Source of the DNA: the human T2T-CHM13v2.0 reference genome, Homo sapiens
Length of the DNA stretch: 64,000 nt
Assembly: GCF_009914755.1 (NCBI RefSeq)
Contig: NC_060944.1
Reading direction: 5' to 3' (one strand)
Shown: piece by piece, positions 28,636 to 51,184 of the stretch
How the letters are laid out: every line of letters begins with the position of its first letter
How positions within the stretch are numbered: the stretch's first letter is position 1
Notes under the pieces: model-generated
Told to the model about the DNA's origin: nothing
The model's database searches: none
The model's input: the letters and a program-made list of their open reading frames with translations, nothing else
Made by a program: the position numbers and the translations under genes

Positions 28636-28701
28636 GTCACAAAACTTCTCGTCATTGTTATTTTTAAGGTATTTTTCCATTTTGGGTTTTTTGTTTGTCT
28701 G

Positions 28702-29447
<746 letters not shown>

Positions 29448-29964
29448 TGATTTTTATTTTCAAATGTTTTCTTACTTTGTCAATTTCTAATTTTATTGCA
29501 TTGGGACAAAAGAATATTGTACTCTTTCTACTGTTGGGGTTTATAAGGGCTGTGGATATTTCACTCGCCTTTGAAAAGAAGGTTTTCTCTGTTAGTCTGT
29601 AGAGTTTGGTATGTACCAATTAGATTTTATTACTTATCATTTTGGTCTTTTGTATCCTTACTTAATTTTGTCCTCTTGAATTTTAATGGAGCAAAAGACA
29701 TAAAGTCCTCTAATAACATGCGTTCTGTTTGCATTCTCATACTTTTTATGAATATTGATGCTGCACTATTTGTGTACCCAGGGAGAAGGCCAGACCACTG
29801 TCCAAAGTTTAGTGAATCTGGGCAGCCTTGTTTCCCAGTTGTTGGAGGATGCCTCATGGAGGAAAGCATTCCTAATCCTGGAGCTTGTTTTGTTGTACTC
29901 TAATTGAATTGTAATGTGTTTCTTTAACCTGAATGAATGTTTCTATTTTTTACTTATTACACAG

Positions 29965-29991
29965 GTAATTCTGACTCGAAGGACAGAAGAG
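29965..29991 (+). CDS. PTPRA: Alternative 27-nt microexon adding GNSDSKDRR (long vs short RPTP-alpha isoform)
   Basis: Acceptor ttattacacAG, donor GAG|GTGAGC, symmetric phase 1-1. Matches the known 9-aa extracellular juxtamembrane insert. Confidence 0.93.
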
Positions 29992-31746
29992 GTGAGCTGC
30001 TCACCTTATATCTGTTGTTCCTTTTACACAGTGTACAGTATTCATTTATTTCCTCTGCTCACAGTCTGTGGTAACCGTGTGCATCTGTGGCTGTGTTGTT
30101 TGTTTACTTTCCCTTAAGTTATTTCCATGTTAATCTCATGGAGAAGAGCAATAGAAACAAGTACTGTATTCAGTATGTTTTTTAATATAGACTATGGATT
30201 CTAACAGCTATGATGTATTTTAACAAGTAACAAAATATATCTTACTTTGACATGTCACTTTGTTAACATTACTTTTTGGTGATATTAGGTCATAATTTCT
30301 ATACCATTAGTTACTTCTGATTTCTAGGCCACAGTTCCCTTTAAATATTCTTTGTGTTGTTTTTCCCCTAGTGTATAAAATGTCAACCCTTTGTGGCTTT
30401 ATATGGATTTTATGGATTTTCAGCCCTTAAATGTAAAGTCTCTATGGCCTGAGATGTTGTGTCTGTGGTTTAAGCTGGACTGCTGAGTCCCTGGTCACTA
30501 GAGAGTAGGGGGACATGGGTACTTGTCTGCAGAAGTGTGGCACATTTTGCCTAGAATGACAGTAAGGCTGCTATCAAAGAGCATGAGAGAAAGAGAAAGA
30601 GATCATCTAACATTCTAAGAAGTGATTATTACATTTGAGTTTTAAAAATGTTACTATTCGAAGCAGTGTTTTTATCATAATTTTCTATTTTATCAAATCA
30701 GACTTGAGTTTTTTTTCTGATTCTGTTATTTAACCATACACAATTTTCCCTGTGTAATTAAGTAATGGAACACTTGGAGGCATATGAAGTCCCACTAAGT
30801 AGGGAGCATTTGAGTCAGAAAAGTGGGTACTCTCTTCCTTTATGTGATGTCCATCTGCCATTGTATTTGGTAAGGAATAGTGAGGTGTTACCATACTGTG
30901 TACAGATTTCCCTCACTTTTCCACCTCTCACTTTCCTAAACTTGGGAACTAAACATTGGATTAATACAGTGTCTTTGCTGTTCAGATTCACTTGCCAGAT
31001 TTTATCAAATGTAGACTTAAATAGGTTTTATTGTGATAGATATTTACTTGCTCCCTAAAACTGCTCTCTTAACCAGCCTTACAATAAAGTCAAAAGTCAA
31101 AGTGGTAGGCTTCAAGATGAAACATAAGATCTGTTGACTCCTTCCTCTATTTAGTATATATTTTCATAATATTCAGCCTTTTCTTGCCCCAGATATCATA
31201 TCTATTTTACCTACCCAATATTTAAGTAGTTTCCATGTTGTGATTAAGAAAACAAAATTACCATAATTACCTAGATTATTGCTAATTGTGACATATGTAA
31301 AGTCTATTAATGTAATAAATCTCCTTTCTTAAGTCAAAAAATAATTTTGTGTAATTCCAAACAGGAAACTGAAAAGGCATAGGTATTCTCAGCAGTCTCT
31401 AAAGTCCCAAAATCTAATGGCAATTTTACCAGAGCAGATCTTTAGAAGTATTGCTATAAATTTGGATATCCCATTCTAATTTTAAGCCAAATGCTTTTTG
31501 AGAAATAAGCCAGCTGTTTGGAAATGCTTGTATTATAATCGGTTTGATAAGCAGTTATGTCTTATGCAGATGAATTAGGGGCTACCTGTTTTTATGCACT
31601 GGTCTTTGGGGTGCTTTTGAACAGTAGTGTCTGATGTTTTAATTGTCAAAGCAAAAAGAAATGAGAGGGAGGGCAACTTTTCTTCCTCTTCTGAAGTCCA
31701 GGAAACTGGTTATTTTCTCATGCATATTATTTTAAAATATATTCCA

Positions 31747-32414
<668 letters not shown>

Positions 32415-33467
32415 TTATCATAGTGCCATTATTATTATGAGTTTATGATGGCTTTCTCTAAGCACCTTTTACATTCGGCATTTATTCAGTACCTATTAAG
32501 CATCAAGGAGTCCAGAAAAAATTTTATATATAAATATATATAAAATATGTAAATATATATATGCATATGCTTCCCTATCTCAGGAAGGAAATATGTGAAC
32601 ATCAGGAACCGAAGTCTACTCAGTTACATGCCATTGGATATATCACACAAAGTGCTGAGGGAACTCAGAAGGCTCATTATATCTGGGGAGTGGGAAGGAG
32701 GCACAGAGATGTGCTTTGGGAAGTTTAAATTAAAATAGCAAATGGGGAAAATGAAGACACACCAGACAGGGCACAAGCAAAGAGACATGAAAGAGTAAGT
32801 CATGTGTTTGAGGATCTGTGCGCAGTTGACATGTGTGAGGTGTGGGGAGTGATCAGAGGTGGCCTCAACAGAATGGGTGTGGTGGTCCACTGAGTTCAGG
32901 AGTTGGAGCATCTCCTGAAGATGATGGTGAGTAAGGAAGTAACATAGTCAGATTTTGGTTTTAGAAAGATATTCCAGAGGACTTAGGGGAGATAGATGGA
33001 CAATAGAAATTTAGGTTTCTGAATAATTTGGCTCAAAACAACGGTGATTGGGCTCAACCCAGTGGTTAGATTCTAGAGGCAATCCAATGAATATTGCTGT
33101 TTTTAGAGCCAATAGGAAACATTTAAAACAACATTACAACCTTGCCTTTGAGAGCTGATAAATACTTGTACCAAAAAGTGTGGCAATAGGTAAATGGGCC
33201 ATAGGAACTGGGGCTATAGGACTATGGCTATTCCTTTACTGACTAGTTTGTAGTTGACCAGTGTGTGTCTGAAGTCCTTAAGTCACTCACCTGTTTAGAG
33301 GTGAGCCCTTCAATTAATATGGCCCTTTGTTTTCAAGGAAAGAAGTTATAGCAAGTAGGTATCTGTTGTCCCGGGACACCATTTTAGTGGTTTTCATTTT
33401 CATGCTTGCTCCCTGGCCTGAATCTAGAAAGTAAAACTTTGCTGGAATGAAGTTGGGGTTGAAACAG

Positions 33468-33642
33468 TTTCGGTTTGTAACCATACTGTCTCTGTCTCAT
33501 CTACTCAGCTCTGCCTTTGTAATGTAAAAGCAGCCATAGATGGTATGTAAATGAATGAACATGGCCATGTTCTGATAGCATTTTATTTACAAAAACAGGC
33601 AGTGGGCTAAATTTGGGCTATAGTTTGCCGACCCCTCTTCTA
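33468..33642. mobile_element. MER58A-like hAT-Charlie MITE
   Basis: CTACTCAGCTCTGCC...AAAGCAGCCATAGA...TTTATTTACAAAAACAGGCAGTGGGC...TAGTTTGCCGACCCCT. Confidence 0.8.
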
Positions 33643-34271
33643 GGCAAAGAACTGCCTGAGCGTAGGAAGCTGGACTGAGGTTCTCTGCTAGTGTGTGAAC
33701 TTGTGGATGCCAAAGCCAATCTCTTCCCTTCATGTCAGACACTTTGCAAATGTTACCTCTTTTAGATCTCCCATTAACTCTAAAAGGTGGAGGGTGCTAT
33801 TATGCTTCCATTTCATACATTGTTCTAAGAGATTATCACACTACTAGTAAGTTAGGATAGTAGGAATTTGAACTTCAGGTCTGTCAGACCCTAAAACCCC
33901 ATGCCCTGGAAATGGTTTTCTAAGGCTGGCCTGTGGTTCGTTGGTTGATTTCAATTAGAATTTAAGAATTTTTTCAGAATACATCTAGGTGTAAAGATTT
34001 TTTTGTCAATATTACTCCACAAACTAGATTATTTCTTTTGGCCTGATAACTCAGGAACTTTCTTGTATTACTTCTCTCCCTTCTTACTGGTTTCTTCTTT
34101 GGACTCTCCTGTTGCACAGGTATTGGATCTCCTGGACCTATCCAGTTCCTTTCTTTTCTATGCTGTCATATTTTTCATCTCTTATTGCTCTGTGTTCTGG
34201 GAGCTTCCAGGACAGTTGCTCTTTCACACAACTAATTTGGTTTTCAGTTATATCAGTTCTCCTATTTAGCC

Positions 34272-35460
<1,189 letters not shown>

Positions 35461-36115
35461 AATTTTTTTAAATCAATATGGCATCCTGTTGCACAAATTG
35501 CAGTATATTTTGAAAGATTTATTCTGTTTCTTTTGTCACCTCCATTTCCCAGGGCTACTGTTGCTCTGTTTGAGCTATGCCCTGGACCATTGAGTGGCTT
35601 AGACTGTGCTCACAATAGGTGTCCCTTCATCCCTTCAGAAGACAAACATGGACATACGTCCTAAACCAGGAAGGGGTTCAGTGATGGCTCAGGAAAATCG
35701 GGGCAGGGTGCAGTTATCCTCTAGGCGAGCTGCCGTTTTCTTTTTCCTTTCCTCTCTTGTGGTTGCCTAGAATTAGCTTGGGCACTACTATGGTTTTTTT
35801 CTGTCTGCAGGCCCCAGGAGACCTTCTGTGGACCCAATATACTTAACAATCATATGCAGTGTAGACCTGCTCTGGTGTCAATTCTAACCAAAACAAAAAA
35901 AAAGCATTTATGAGACACTCAGGGAAATTCAAGCAGTAACTGAATAATATTAGATGATACTAAGGAATTAGTGTTACTTTTTAAATTGGATAATAGTATT
36001 ATGTTTATGTTAAGAATCTTGATCTCTTGGTGATACATACCTAAGTAATTGCATTTGAAATGCTAGGTCTCGGATTTGCCTTAAAAGAATTCAGTTAGAA
36101 TGGCGTGAGTATAGA

Positions 36116-36322
36116 CCAGTGGTTCCTTACTGGGGGCTATTTCCCCCACAAAGGCATTTAGCAATGCTTGGAGATACTTTTGGTCATCAAAATTGGGAAT
36201 TTGCTACAGACATCTAATAATTAGAGGCTAGGGATATTGTTAAATGTCCTACAGTGCACATGACAGACCCACATAACAGAGAATTGTATAGCCCAAAATG
36301 TCATTAGTGTGACGTTGAGAAA
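36116..36322. mobile_element. MER20 hAT-Charlie element
   Basis: CAGTGGTTC...GGCATTTAGCAATGCTTGGAGATACTTTTGGTC...CCTACAGTGCACATGACAG...CCCAAAATGTCATTAGTG...GTTGAGAAA. Confidence 0.85.
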
Positions 36323-36777
36323 ATATATATGCAGCATATGTTTTGTAAAAAAGAAGCCCTTACCAGTCTCTGTGACAAACTCTCTACTCTGTGTAGAGCA
36401 CTGTTTTTCCAGCTGAGTCTAGATGGGAAGCCCCGCTTGTCATTTGGGCTGTGGGTGTACTGGTGCTGGGTTGGCAGGCCTTTGCTTAAGTACCATCCTG
36501 GTACCTCAAGGTCCACTTTCAACCCCAGTCCCAATTCCCTCTGAGCTTGAGGTGTTTCCAGGCCCAAACTGGTAGAACTAGTACTTAGTTTTCAGCTGGA
36601 GGCTCTTTGGCTCTGTTTGATCTCTTGGACATCGAGTCTGGTCTGTTTTGTCTTCCAGAAATCTCTCAAAGATTCTGATCTACATATGCCACCGTTTGCT
36701 GCCTTTCAGATATGCTGTTGATTCATTAGTATTTTTATATTTCTTCTACCATGTCAGTGTGCTTTGGGGGAAGATGA

Positions 36778-37109
<332 letters not shown>

Positions 37110-37219
37110 GTGCCTAATTACTTTCTTATAATACCTGATATACTGCCCCCTGTTGTTGGAATTTAACAAAGACATTTAGTGATAAATTACTATTTTTTTT
37201 TGTTCTTTGGCTCAACGTA

Positions 37220-40200
37220 ATCCATTGTTTGTTTTGTGCCTGTTATGTGTGAGACCCTGTGCTAGGTTTTAGGTGTACAGTGAGAATGAAGCAGACATGT
37301 AATCCTTGCTCTTGTGGAATTTATGCTATAAAGGAGGGATATTCATTAATCAACAAAGTCAAATATGTAATTATAAAGTGTGAGAGGTATTATCAAGGAA
37401 AATAATAAGGTCCTTGCCTTACAAAAATAGTATAGGAAATAACAGCAAATTTTTTTTTTTTTTTGAGACAGAGTCTCGCTCTATTGCCCAGGCTGAAGTG
37501 CAGTGGCGCAATCTCGGCTCACTACAACCTCTGCCCCCCAGGTTCAAGCGATTCTCCTGCCTCAGCCTCCTAAGTAGCTGAGATTACAGGCATGTGCCAC
37601 CACACCTGGCTAATTTTTTTTGTATTTTTAGTAGAGATGGGGTTTCACCATGTTGGCCAAGCTGGTCTCGAATTCTTGACCTCATGATCTGCCCACCTCG
37701 GCTTCCCAAAGTGCTGGGATTGCAGGCGTGAGCCACTGTGCCTGGCCGTAACAGCTAAAATGAAGTACACACTGTGTGCTAGTTACTGTGCCAACAACTT
37801 TACATGAAAGATCTCATTTAATACGCAGAATAACTTATTTCAGAAATGAGGAAACTGAGACTTATGATCCTAATTTAGTATTAGGAAGTCAGAGAAGACC
37901 TGTGTGGGAAAAGTGACACACAGAGAACCAGACAAGTAGGAGATAACCAGGCAAAGAACAGAGAGAGGCTGTGTAAAGCAGAAGGAATAACATGCTCAAA
38001 GGCCTGAGGATGAATGAATGAAAGCATGGAAGGACACCAGTGGCTGAAATTGAGTGAGCAAGGAAAGAGTGCAAGAGATAGGGCAGGTAGGGGCTAAATC
38101 GAGGGGGTTGTTAGAGTCCAGGATAAGGAGATTAGATTTCATTCTGAGGCATGAGAAACTGTTGGAGGGTTTTACCTAAGAGTGGGACACAACCTGAGTT
38201 GCTTTCCTAGAGATCACTCTGCTTTGTGGAGAATGGATTGGCAGGGGCAGAGGCTTACTGTGATCCAGGTGAGAGAGGATGGAGGTTGGGACTACACTGG
38301 TGGCAATAAAAAAAATGCAAAAAAAAAAAAAAAAAAAGGCAGACAGATTTGAAGTTTTAGATATATCTCCAAAATATATTATTTGCAGCTGTGCTAGATA
38401 TAGAAGATAAGTGTGAGGAAGAAATCAAGGGGGTTTCCACATTTCTTACTTGAGCAACAGGGTGGGTTGGAGTACTAGCTACTGAATGGTGAGGGAAAGG
38501 TTTTAAACACAGAAAGCTTGTGTTGCCTATGAAATTTAAAGTGGAGGTGGCAAATAGGCAGTTGAGAATCTGGAACTCAGAAAAGAGGTCTGATCAAGCA
38601 AAGCAACTGTGGGAATTGCTAGCATGGCATTTATATTTACAGTCATCTCTCTGATCAGATTAACTAGATATAGAGAAGAGTGCCAAGGACAGAGCCCTGA
38701 GGAATTCCCACATTTAGAGATCTGGTGTTGGAAGAGGAACAGATAGTGAGGGAAACTGAGATGGGCAGACGAGATAGAAGGAAAATCAGAGGAGTGTTTC
38801 GTTGTGGAAAGCTAAGAGAGGAAAGTGCTTCAGAGAGGAAGGAGTGATCAGCCAGTCTGAACACTCATTTTAAGGTGAGAGCCACATACCACAGTATGTT
38901 TGAAACTTACCATTAACAAAGAAGCGTCATGTAATGTCTTCCATCTCTAAAAACAAAACCAAAAAAAACCCATCTGTCCACCTCACTCACATCTCCCTCC
39001 ATCTGTCATTCCTTTCCTCTGCATCCCTTAATGTTAAAAGTCCCCACGAAAGGACCCAGTGTCTCACTGTCCTTTTTCTATCTTTATTTCACTCCATTTA
39101 GGCTTTCTCACCCATATTCAACTGAAAATACTCTTGGAAAGGTCACCAGTAGCCACCGTCTTGTCAAATCTGGTTTCACTTCTCTGTCTCATCCTTCTTA
39201 AGTCTGTAGGCAGTATTTGATTGAATTGATTGCTCCCTCCTTGAAAAACTCTGCTCTTGGCTTCTATGACACTACATTCTTAGATTAACCTCTCACCTCA
39301 TGGCTACTGCTTATGGGTCAGTTTAGCTTTTAACAGAATGTAAATCCAGTTATATATCTCCTCTGTTCAAAGCCCTTCGATGACATAGTGTTTCTCATCA
39401 CACTCAGAATTAAATCCACAATCATTACAATGGACTCCCAAGTCCTAAGTCTGCTGGCTTTTGCCCACCTCTCTGGCATCTTATATTGAACTGGCCTTTG
39501 TGCTGTTTCTTGAACCTGCCAAGCTCCTGAGAGCTACCATGCTTGCTGTTCCCAGTGTCTAGAAAGCTCTTCACCCAGATCTTTGCGTGGTTCACTTCAC
39601 GTTATTTAGAGCTCTGCTTGTATATTACTTCCTCAGAGAGACCTTCCCAGACCACTGTATCACTGCTCCCCAACCTGTCACTTTCTCTCTCCCCACCCTG
39701 CTTTTTATTCCTCATAGCACTTGTCCCTGTCTAAAATTAAGTATTGACTTGTTTATAAACAGTGTCTTCCTTCCTCCCCACAGAATGGAAGCTTTCTATC
39801 ACTTGTCTCCTTGAACACTTCTCTGTTCCTAGTGTCTCAAACAATGGCATGCAATTGCTGGCCCACAGATATTTGAATGAATGCTGCTAAAAGGTTGAAT
39901 CAGATGAGGATGGGAATGTTCCTGTTGGATTTGGCAATATGCCATTTGTTGGTGTTCTGGCTGAGCAGTTTAAACAGAGCACTGAGGGTGGGAGTCAGGG
40001 CAAATAGATTAAGGAGAACCTGAAGGTAAGGAATTAGACAAGACGAATTAGACAACTGTGTTTCGGAAAGTCAGCTGAGAAGAGAGACGCGAGGCTGGTG
40101 GTAGCTGGGGGAGGGTAAATGAGGTCAAGAAGACAAGTCTTTGAGTTGACAGCAGTGGATGTAATCCAGAGCACACATGACAGGATGGAAGAGACTTGTC

Positions 40201-41290
40201 TTCCCTTTTAGCAGGTAGGAAAATGGTGAAGATAGTTACCAAGCCACTCTGATGGTGTAGTTCATGGAGTCGGGTGGAGGGTGAGAGTGGAGGCGGATGA
40301 GTCAGTGCCTGGCCAGCTGCATGAGAAAACAAGGCTAGGTATTGGGTGAAAGGGAGCCAGGCCCTGTGGAATGAGGTGGGATTGCCATGTCTTCAAACCA
40401 GATGTTGCCATGGTTGGGGTCCTGGCAAAAGGTGACTAAGGGAGCAGGGTGTGGAAAGAGGAAAAAAGAAGCAACCAGCAGTTTTGTTACATGGTGGCTG
40501 AGGATCTAATAATGTCTCCTTGTTTTATTTTATTTTTATTTAGCTGGTCTCAAATTCCTGGCCTCAAGCAATCCTTCTACCTCAGCCTCCCAAAGTGCTG
40601 GGATAGGCATGAGCCGCCACACCCAGCTGTCTCCTTGTTTGTTTGTTTGTTTGTTTGTTTGTTTGTTTGTTTGTTTTGAGACAGGGTCTTGCTCTGTTGC
40701 CCAGGGTGGAGTGTAGTGTACAGGCCCGGCTCACTGTAATCTCCATCTCCTAAGCTCCAGTGATCCTCCTACCTCAGCCTCCTGAGTAGCTGGGACTATA
40801 GGCGCACATCACCACACCGGCTATTTTTTTAATTTTTAGTAGAGATGGAGTTTTACCCTGTTGCCAGGCTGGTCTCGAATACCTTGGCTCAAGCAATCCA
40901 CCCGCTTTGTCCTCCTAAAATGCTAGGATTACAGGCATGAGCCATTGTGCCCTACTTGTCTCCTTGTTTTAATTAGGAACAGTATTCTCTGTGCCCGGAA
41001 ACCATTTGGGTTTATGATAGGAAAACTGTCTTTTTCCCTTCCTCTCCCATCTTCCTCTAGATGGAACCCATTGAGGCTGAGAGAGTGTACAGTGTTGGCC
41101 CTGCATACCTAACTTGCCATCAGAATTGAATGTGTTCATGCCTCCAGATATTCCAGTGCTTTTTATGTGCTAAGTACTGTTTTAGGCTCAAAGGATATAG
41201 CAGTGAGTAAAACAAAGTGTCTGCCTTTAAACAGCTTTTATTCTAATGCAGGGAGACAGAGTAAATAAATGTATGATAGTCAGAGATGGG
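37220..41290. mobile_element. L2 segments (antisense, with a nested sense L2 ~38940-39885), plus Alu - (~37449-37747), a MIR fragment (~37760-37865) and Alus - (~40520-40628; ~40635-40953 with (TTTG)n tail)
   Basis: L2 motifs (GGACAGAGCCCTGAGGAATTCCCACATTTAGAG; ACTTCCTCAGAGAGACCTTCCCAGACC; ATATTTGAATGAATG). Confidence 0.7.
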
Positions 41291-41514
41291 GTGAGCATGT
41301 CATCCTGGGCCCCATGCTCTCTCCCCACCTCACCTCAATAGCCCTGGCATGGCAGTGGGAGGTGCACACTCATACTTTCTTCTCTGTTTCCATTTCCTGG
41401 CATCTGCAGAAGGACTGAATGAGCTCTTCCTCTTCAGGGTGTTGCCCTGAATGGCTGACTTAAGCCCTCCATTGCACAACACAGTAATGACTTGTTCTGT
41501 TGTCTTGATTTCAG

Positions 41515-41599
41515 ATGAGACACCAATTATTGCGGTGATGGTGGCCCTGTCCTCTCTGCTAGTGATCGTGTTTATTATCATAGTTTTGTACATGTTAAG
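41515..41599 (+). CDS. PTPRA: Transmembrane exon DETPIIAVMVALSSLLVIVFIIIVLYMLR
   Basis: Acceptor gatttcAG, donor AAG|GTGAGC. 85 nt, phase 1-2, long hydrophobic stretch. Confidence 0.97.
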
Positions 41600-42781
41600 G
41601 TGAGCCTACTAACACTTCACATTCTCTTAGATTCTGTTTCAATATCCCAGTGTCCCAATGAACCCACACAGTCCAGTAGACAGTAGGATATACACAATGA
41701 ATAGGATAGAGGGGGAATGACCCATGATAGTGCTAAAATTGAAGTTCTACTTAGAAATTATTTAAAAGCTCTACATAGTCTTCCTTAAGTCCTAAGCCCT
41801 CCCTCTTTCTTCCATCTGTCCAAGCCCAGTCTCCCAACTCCAGTGCAAGCTAAAGCCCAGAATGGTAGTTTGGAGGTTGAGGTAAGAAACCGCAGTTTGT
41901 TATTAGTGACAGGTGTTACAGGATCTCTAGGTCTAGCCCTGCTGAAGCAACCCCTAAAAGGGCCCCAGTAAGATTACATGCTCAACAAAAGCCTACTGTA
42001 TTTCTGGCTGGGGCTTTGTCCCCAGACCCTTCTGGGACCCCTGGCCCTGGCATGTTGAGTTGAGCCATGTGAGTTGTGAGTTACAGGATCCCTCTTTCTA
42101 ACCTTCTTTCAGGGTCCTCTAGACGTTACCACTCAAGCAGAAGCAAGGAAGGGGAACCCAAGGGAGAGAAGAGGGTGGTGCATTTATTCTCTTCCTGCTA
42201 AAGCTACTGCCCTGACTAATTGGATTTAGCCCTGCCTTATCTTTGGCCTAACCAAAGATGTTCTGTGCTCCCTCTGTTCTTCTGCAGGGATAAAGAGAGA
42301 GGAATCATGTGCCCCCTATAATTTGTCATGTGTCTCTATCATTCTGCAGGAGACTTGTGGCCAGGACTGTGTCCACCCAATCCAAAGCTCTGGGCTTCTC
42401 CCTGGGTCTCCCAGGCTACACTGAGGAAATACCAAGATTTTTGTTTGATATATATTGTCTGTCTCCCCCAGCTGTATTCCACCCACTCACCCTCTCTCTA
42501 CCTGGTGTGGCTGTGCTCTGCAGTGAGCCACATGAGCCTGAATATACTGTTGGGGTTCCCTGGTTGGATTCCAGTGTGCCAAGGGTAAACAGGAGTATCC
42601 CGAGGTACTCGGTCACCCCAGCATGCTGCTGCCTCAGGGTGTGCATGACCTGTCTCTAAAAAAGCCCGATTATTTTTAAAGGCGATTTAGAAAGGCTGAA
42701 TTGATGAGCAGGAATACAGAGGTGTGATTTGCCTCTCCCACCTCTGTGCTCCATTCTTCACTGTGATCATTTTCTCATTAG

Positions 42782-42855
42782 GTTTAAGAAATACAAGCAA
42801 GCTGGGAGCCATTCCAATTCTTTCCGCTTATCCAACGGCCGCACTGAGGATGTGG
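42782..42855 (+). CDS. PTPRA: Cytoplasmic juxtamembrane exon [24 protein letters not shown]
   Basis: Acceptor tctcattAG, donor TGG|GTAAGG. 74 nt, phase 2-1. Confidence 0.97.
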
Positions 42856-43087
42856 GTAAGGCATTCCTTAATGTCATGGGGAACCTTCACAAGGAAGGAA
42901 ATCAAGAAATTAGGAGTTTCTCCATCCTTTTAAAAGAATAAGACAATAAAAAGAGGAAAAAAGATTTTTGAAGAAAACAGTCCTAGTTCTTACAGGCTTG
43001 GTCCATGAGGTAGAACCCCGTTTAGCCTCCAGAAGAGGGGCTAGGTTCTCAGGGTACCTGACTGACCTTCTCCCTTGTGTACTGCAG

Positions 43088-43224
43088 AGCCCCAGAGTGT
43101 GCCACTTCTGGCCAGATCCCCAAGCACCAACAGGAAATACCCACCCCTGCCCGTGGACAAGCTGGAAGAGGAAATTAACCGGAGAATGGCAGACGACAAT
43201 AAGCTCTTCAGGGAGGAATTCAAC
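43088..43224 (+). CDS. PTPRA: Juxtamembrane/wedge exon [46 protein letters not shown]
   Basis: Acceptor actgcAG, donor AAC|GTGAGT. 137 nt, phase 1-0. Contains the helix-turn-helix wedge preceding D1 (ORF track 43075..43275). Confidence 0.97.
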
Positions 43225-43902
43225 GTGAGTACTTTGTTGAGGCTGGTGTATCAGCAGGGAAGAAGGCAGACCTAAAGTCAGACCTTTCAGATCTTTGGAG
43301 TCATGAAGTAAAAAATGGGCTTTTAATGTTTAAGAGGTGAGAAATGTTTTACCAAGTTTATCTGACTCCCTGTATGATCATGGATAGGAAATGAAGTGAG
43401 ATTTGCCTCACCTCCCTAATCTACCCATCCATTCAGTCATCATCACATCTCTTACTTCTTTTGTTTAATAAATACTTAGCAAGCATCTAATATTTGTCAG
43501 GTAATATTCTAGTTGCCAGTGATATGATGAGGAGCAGAAACAGATCCAATCCCTATTCTCAAGGAACTCACTGTCCAGGAGGGAAACCTCACAAACAAGA
43601 ACAAATATAACTGTGTAAGTTCAAACAGCAGTACAGCACATGAAGGACTGGTGCATATTTGTAGGCATCCATATTAAGAGGTTGCCTTTTTGAGTCTAGA
43701 GCAGGGGTGTCAGTGTTTAAAGTAGACAGTGGGATAGATCAGTGTGGGAAATGACGACCATGGGAGACTGCAGAGCACAGGTCTCATCTTGAGTATTTAG
43801 ATTCACATTTTTTATAATTCCCACAAGGAAGCAGAATATGTTTTTAATCCACCAGTTGGTGATCCTAGCCTACCAGTTCTGATCCCAGATCAGAAGAGCT
43901 TC

Positions 43903-44843
<941 letters not shown>

Positions 44844-44989
44844 TTAGGGGTTACAGGTGTTAATATCAGAAGTGCTAGTAGATTGACCTAATGTCATGAC
44901 TAGGAAATGGGGGATGGATTTAAGGACACAGAGGAGCAGTTCCAGAGTTGGTAAATACATCAGCTGGGGCATTGCTAAACCATCAGTTT

Positions 44990-51180
<6,191 letters not shown>

Positions 51181-51184
51181 GAAT

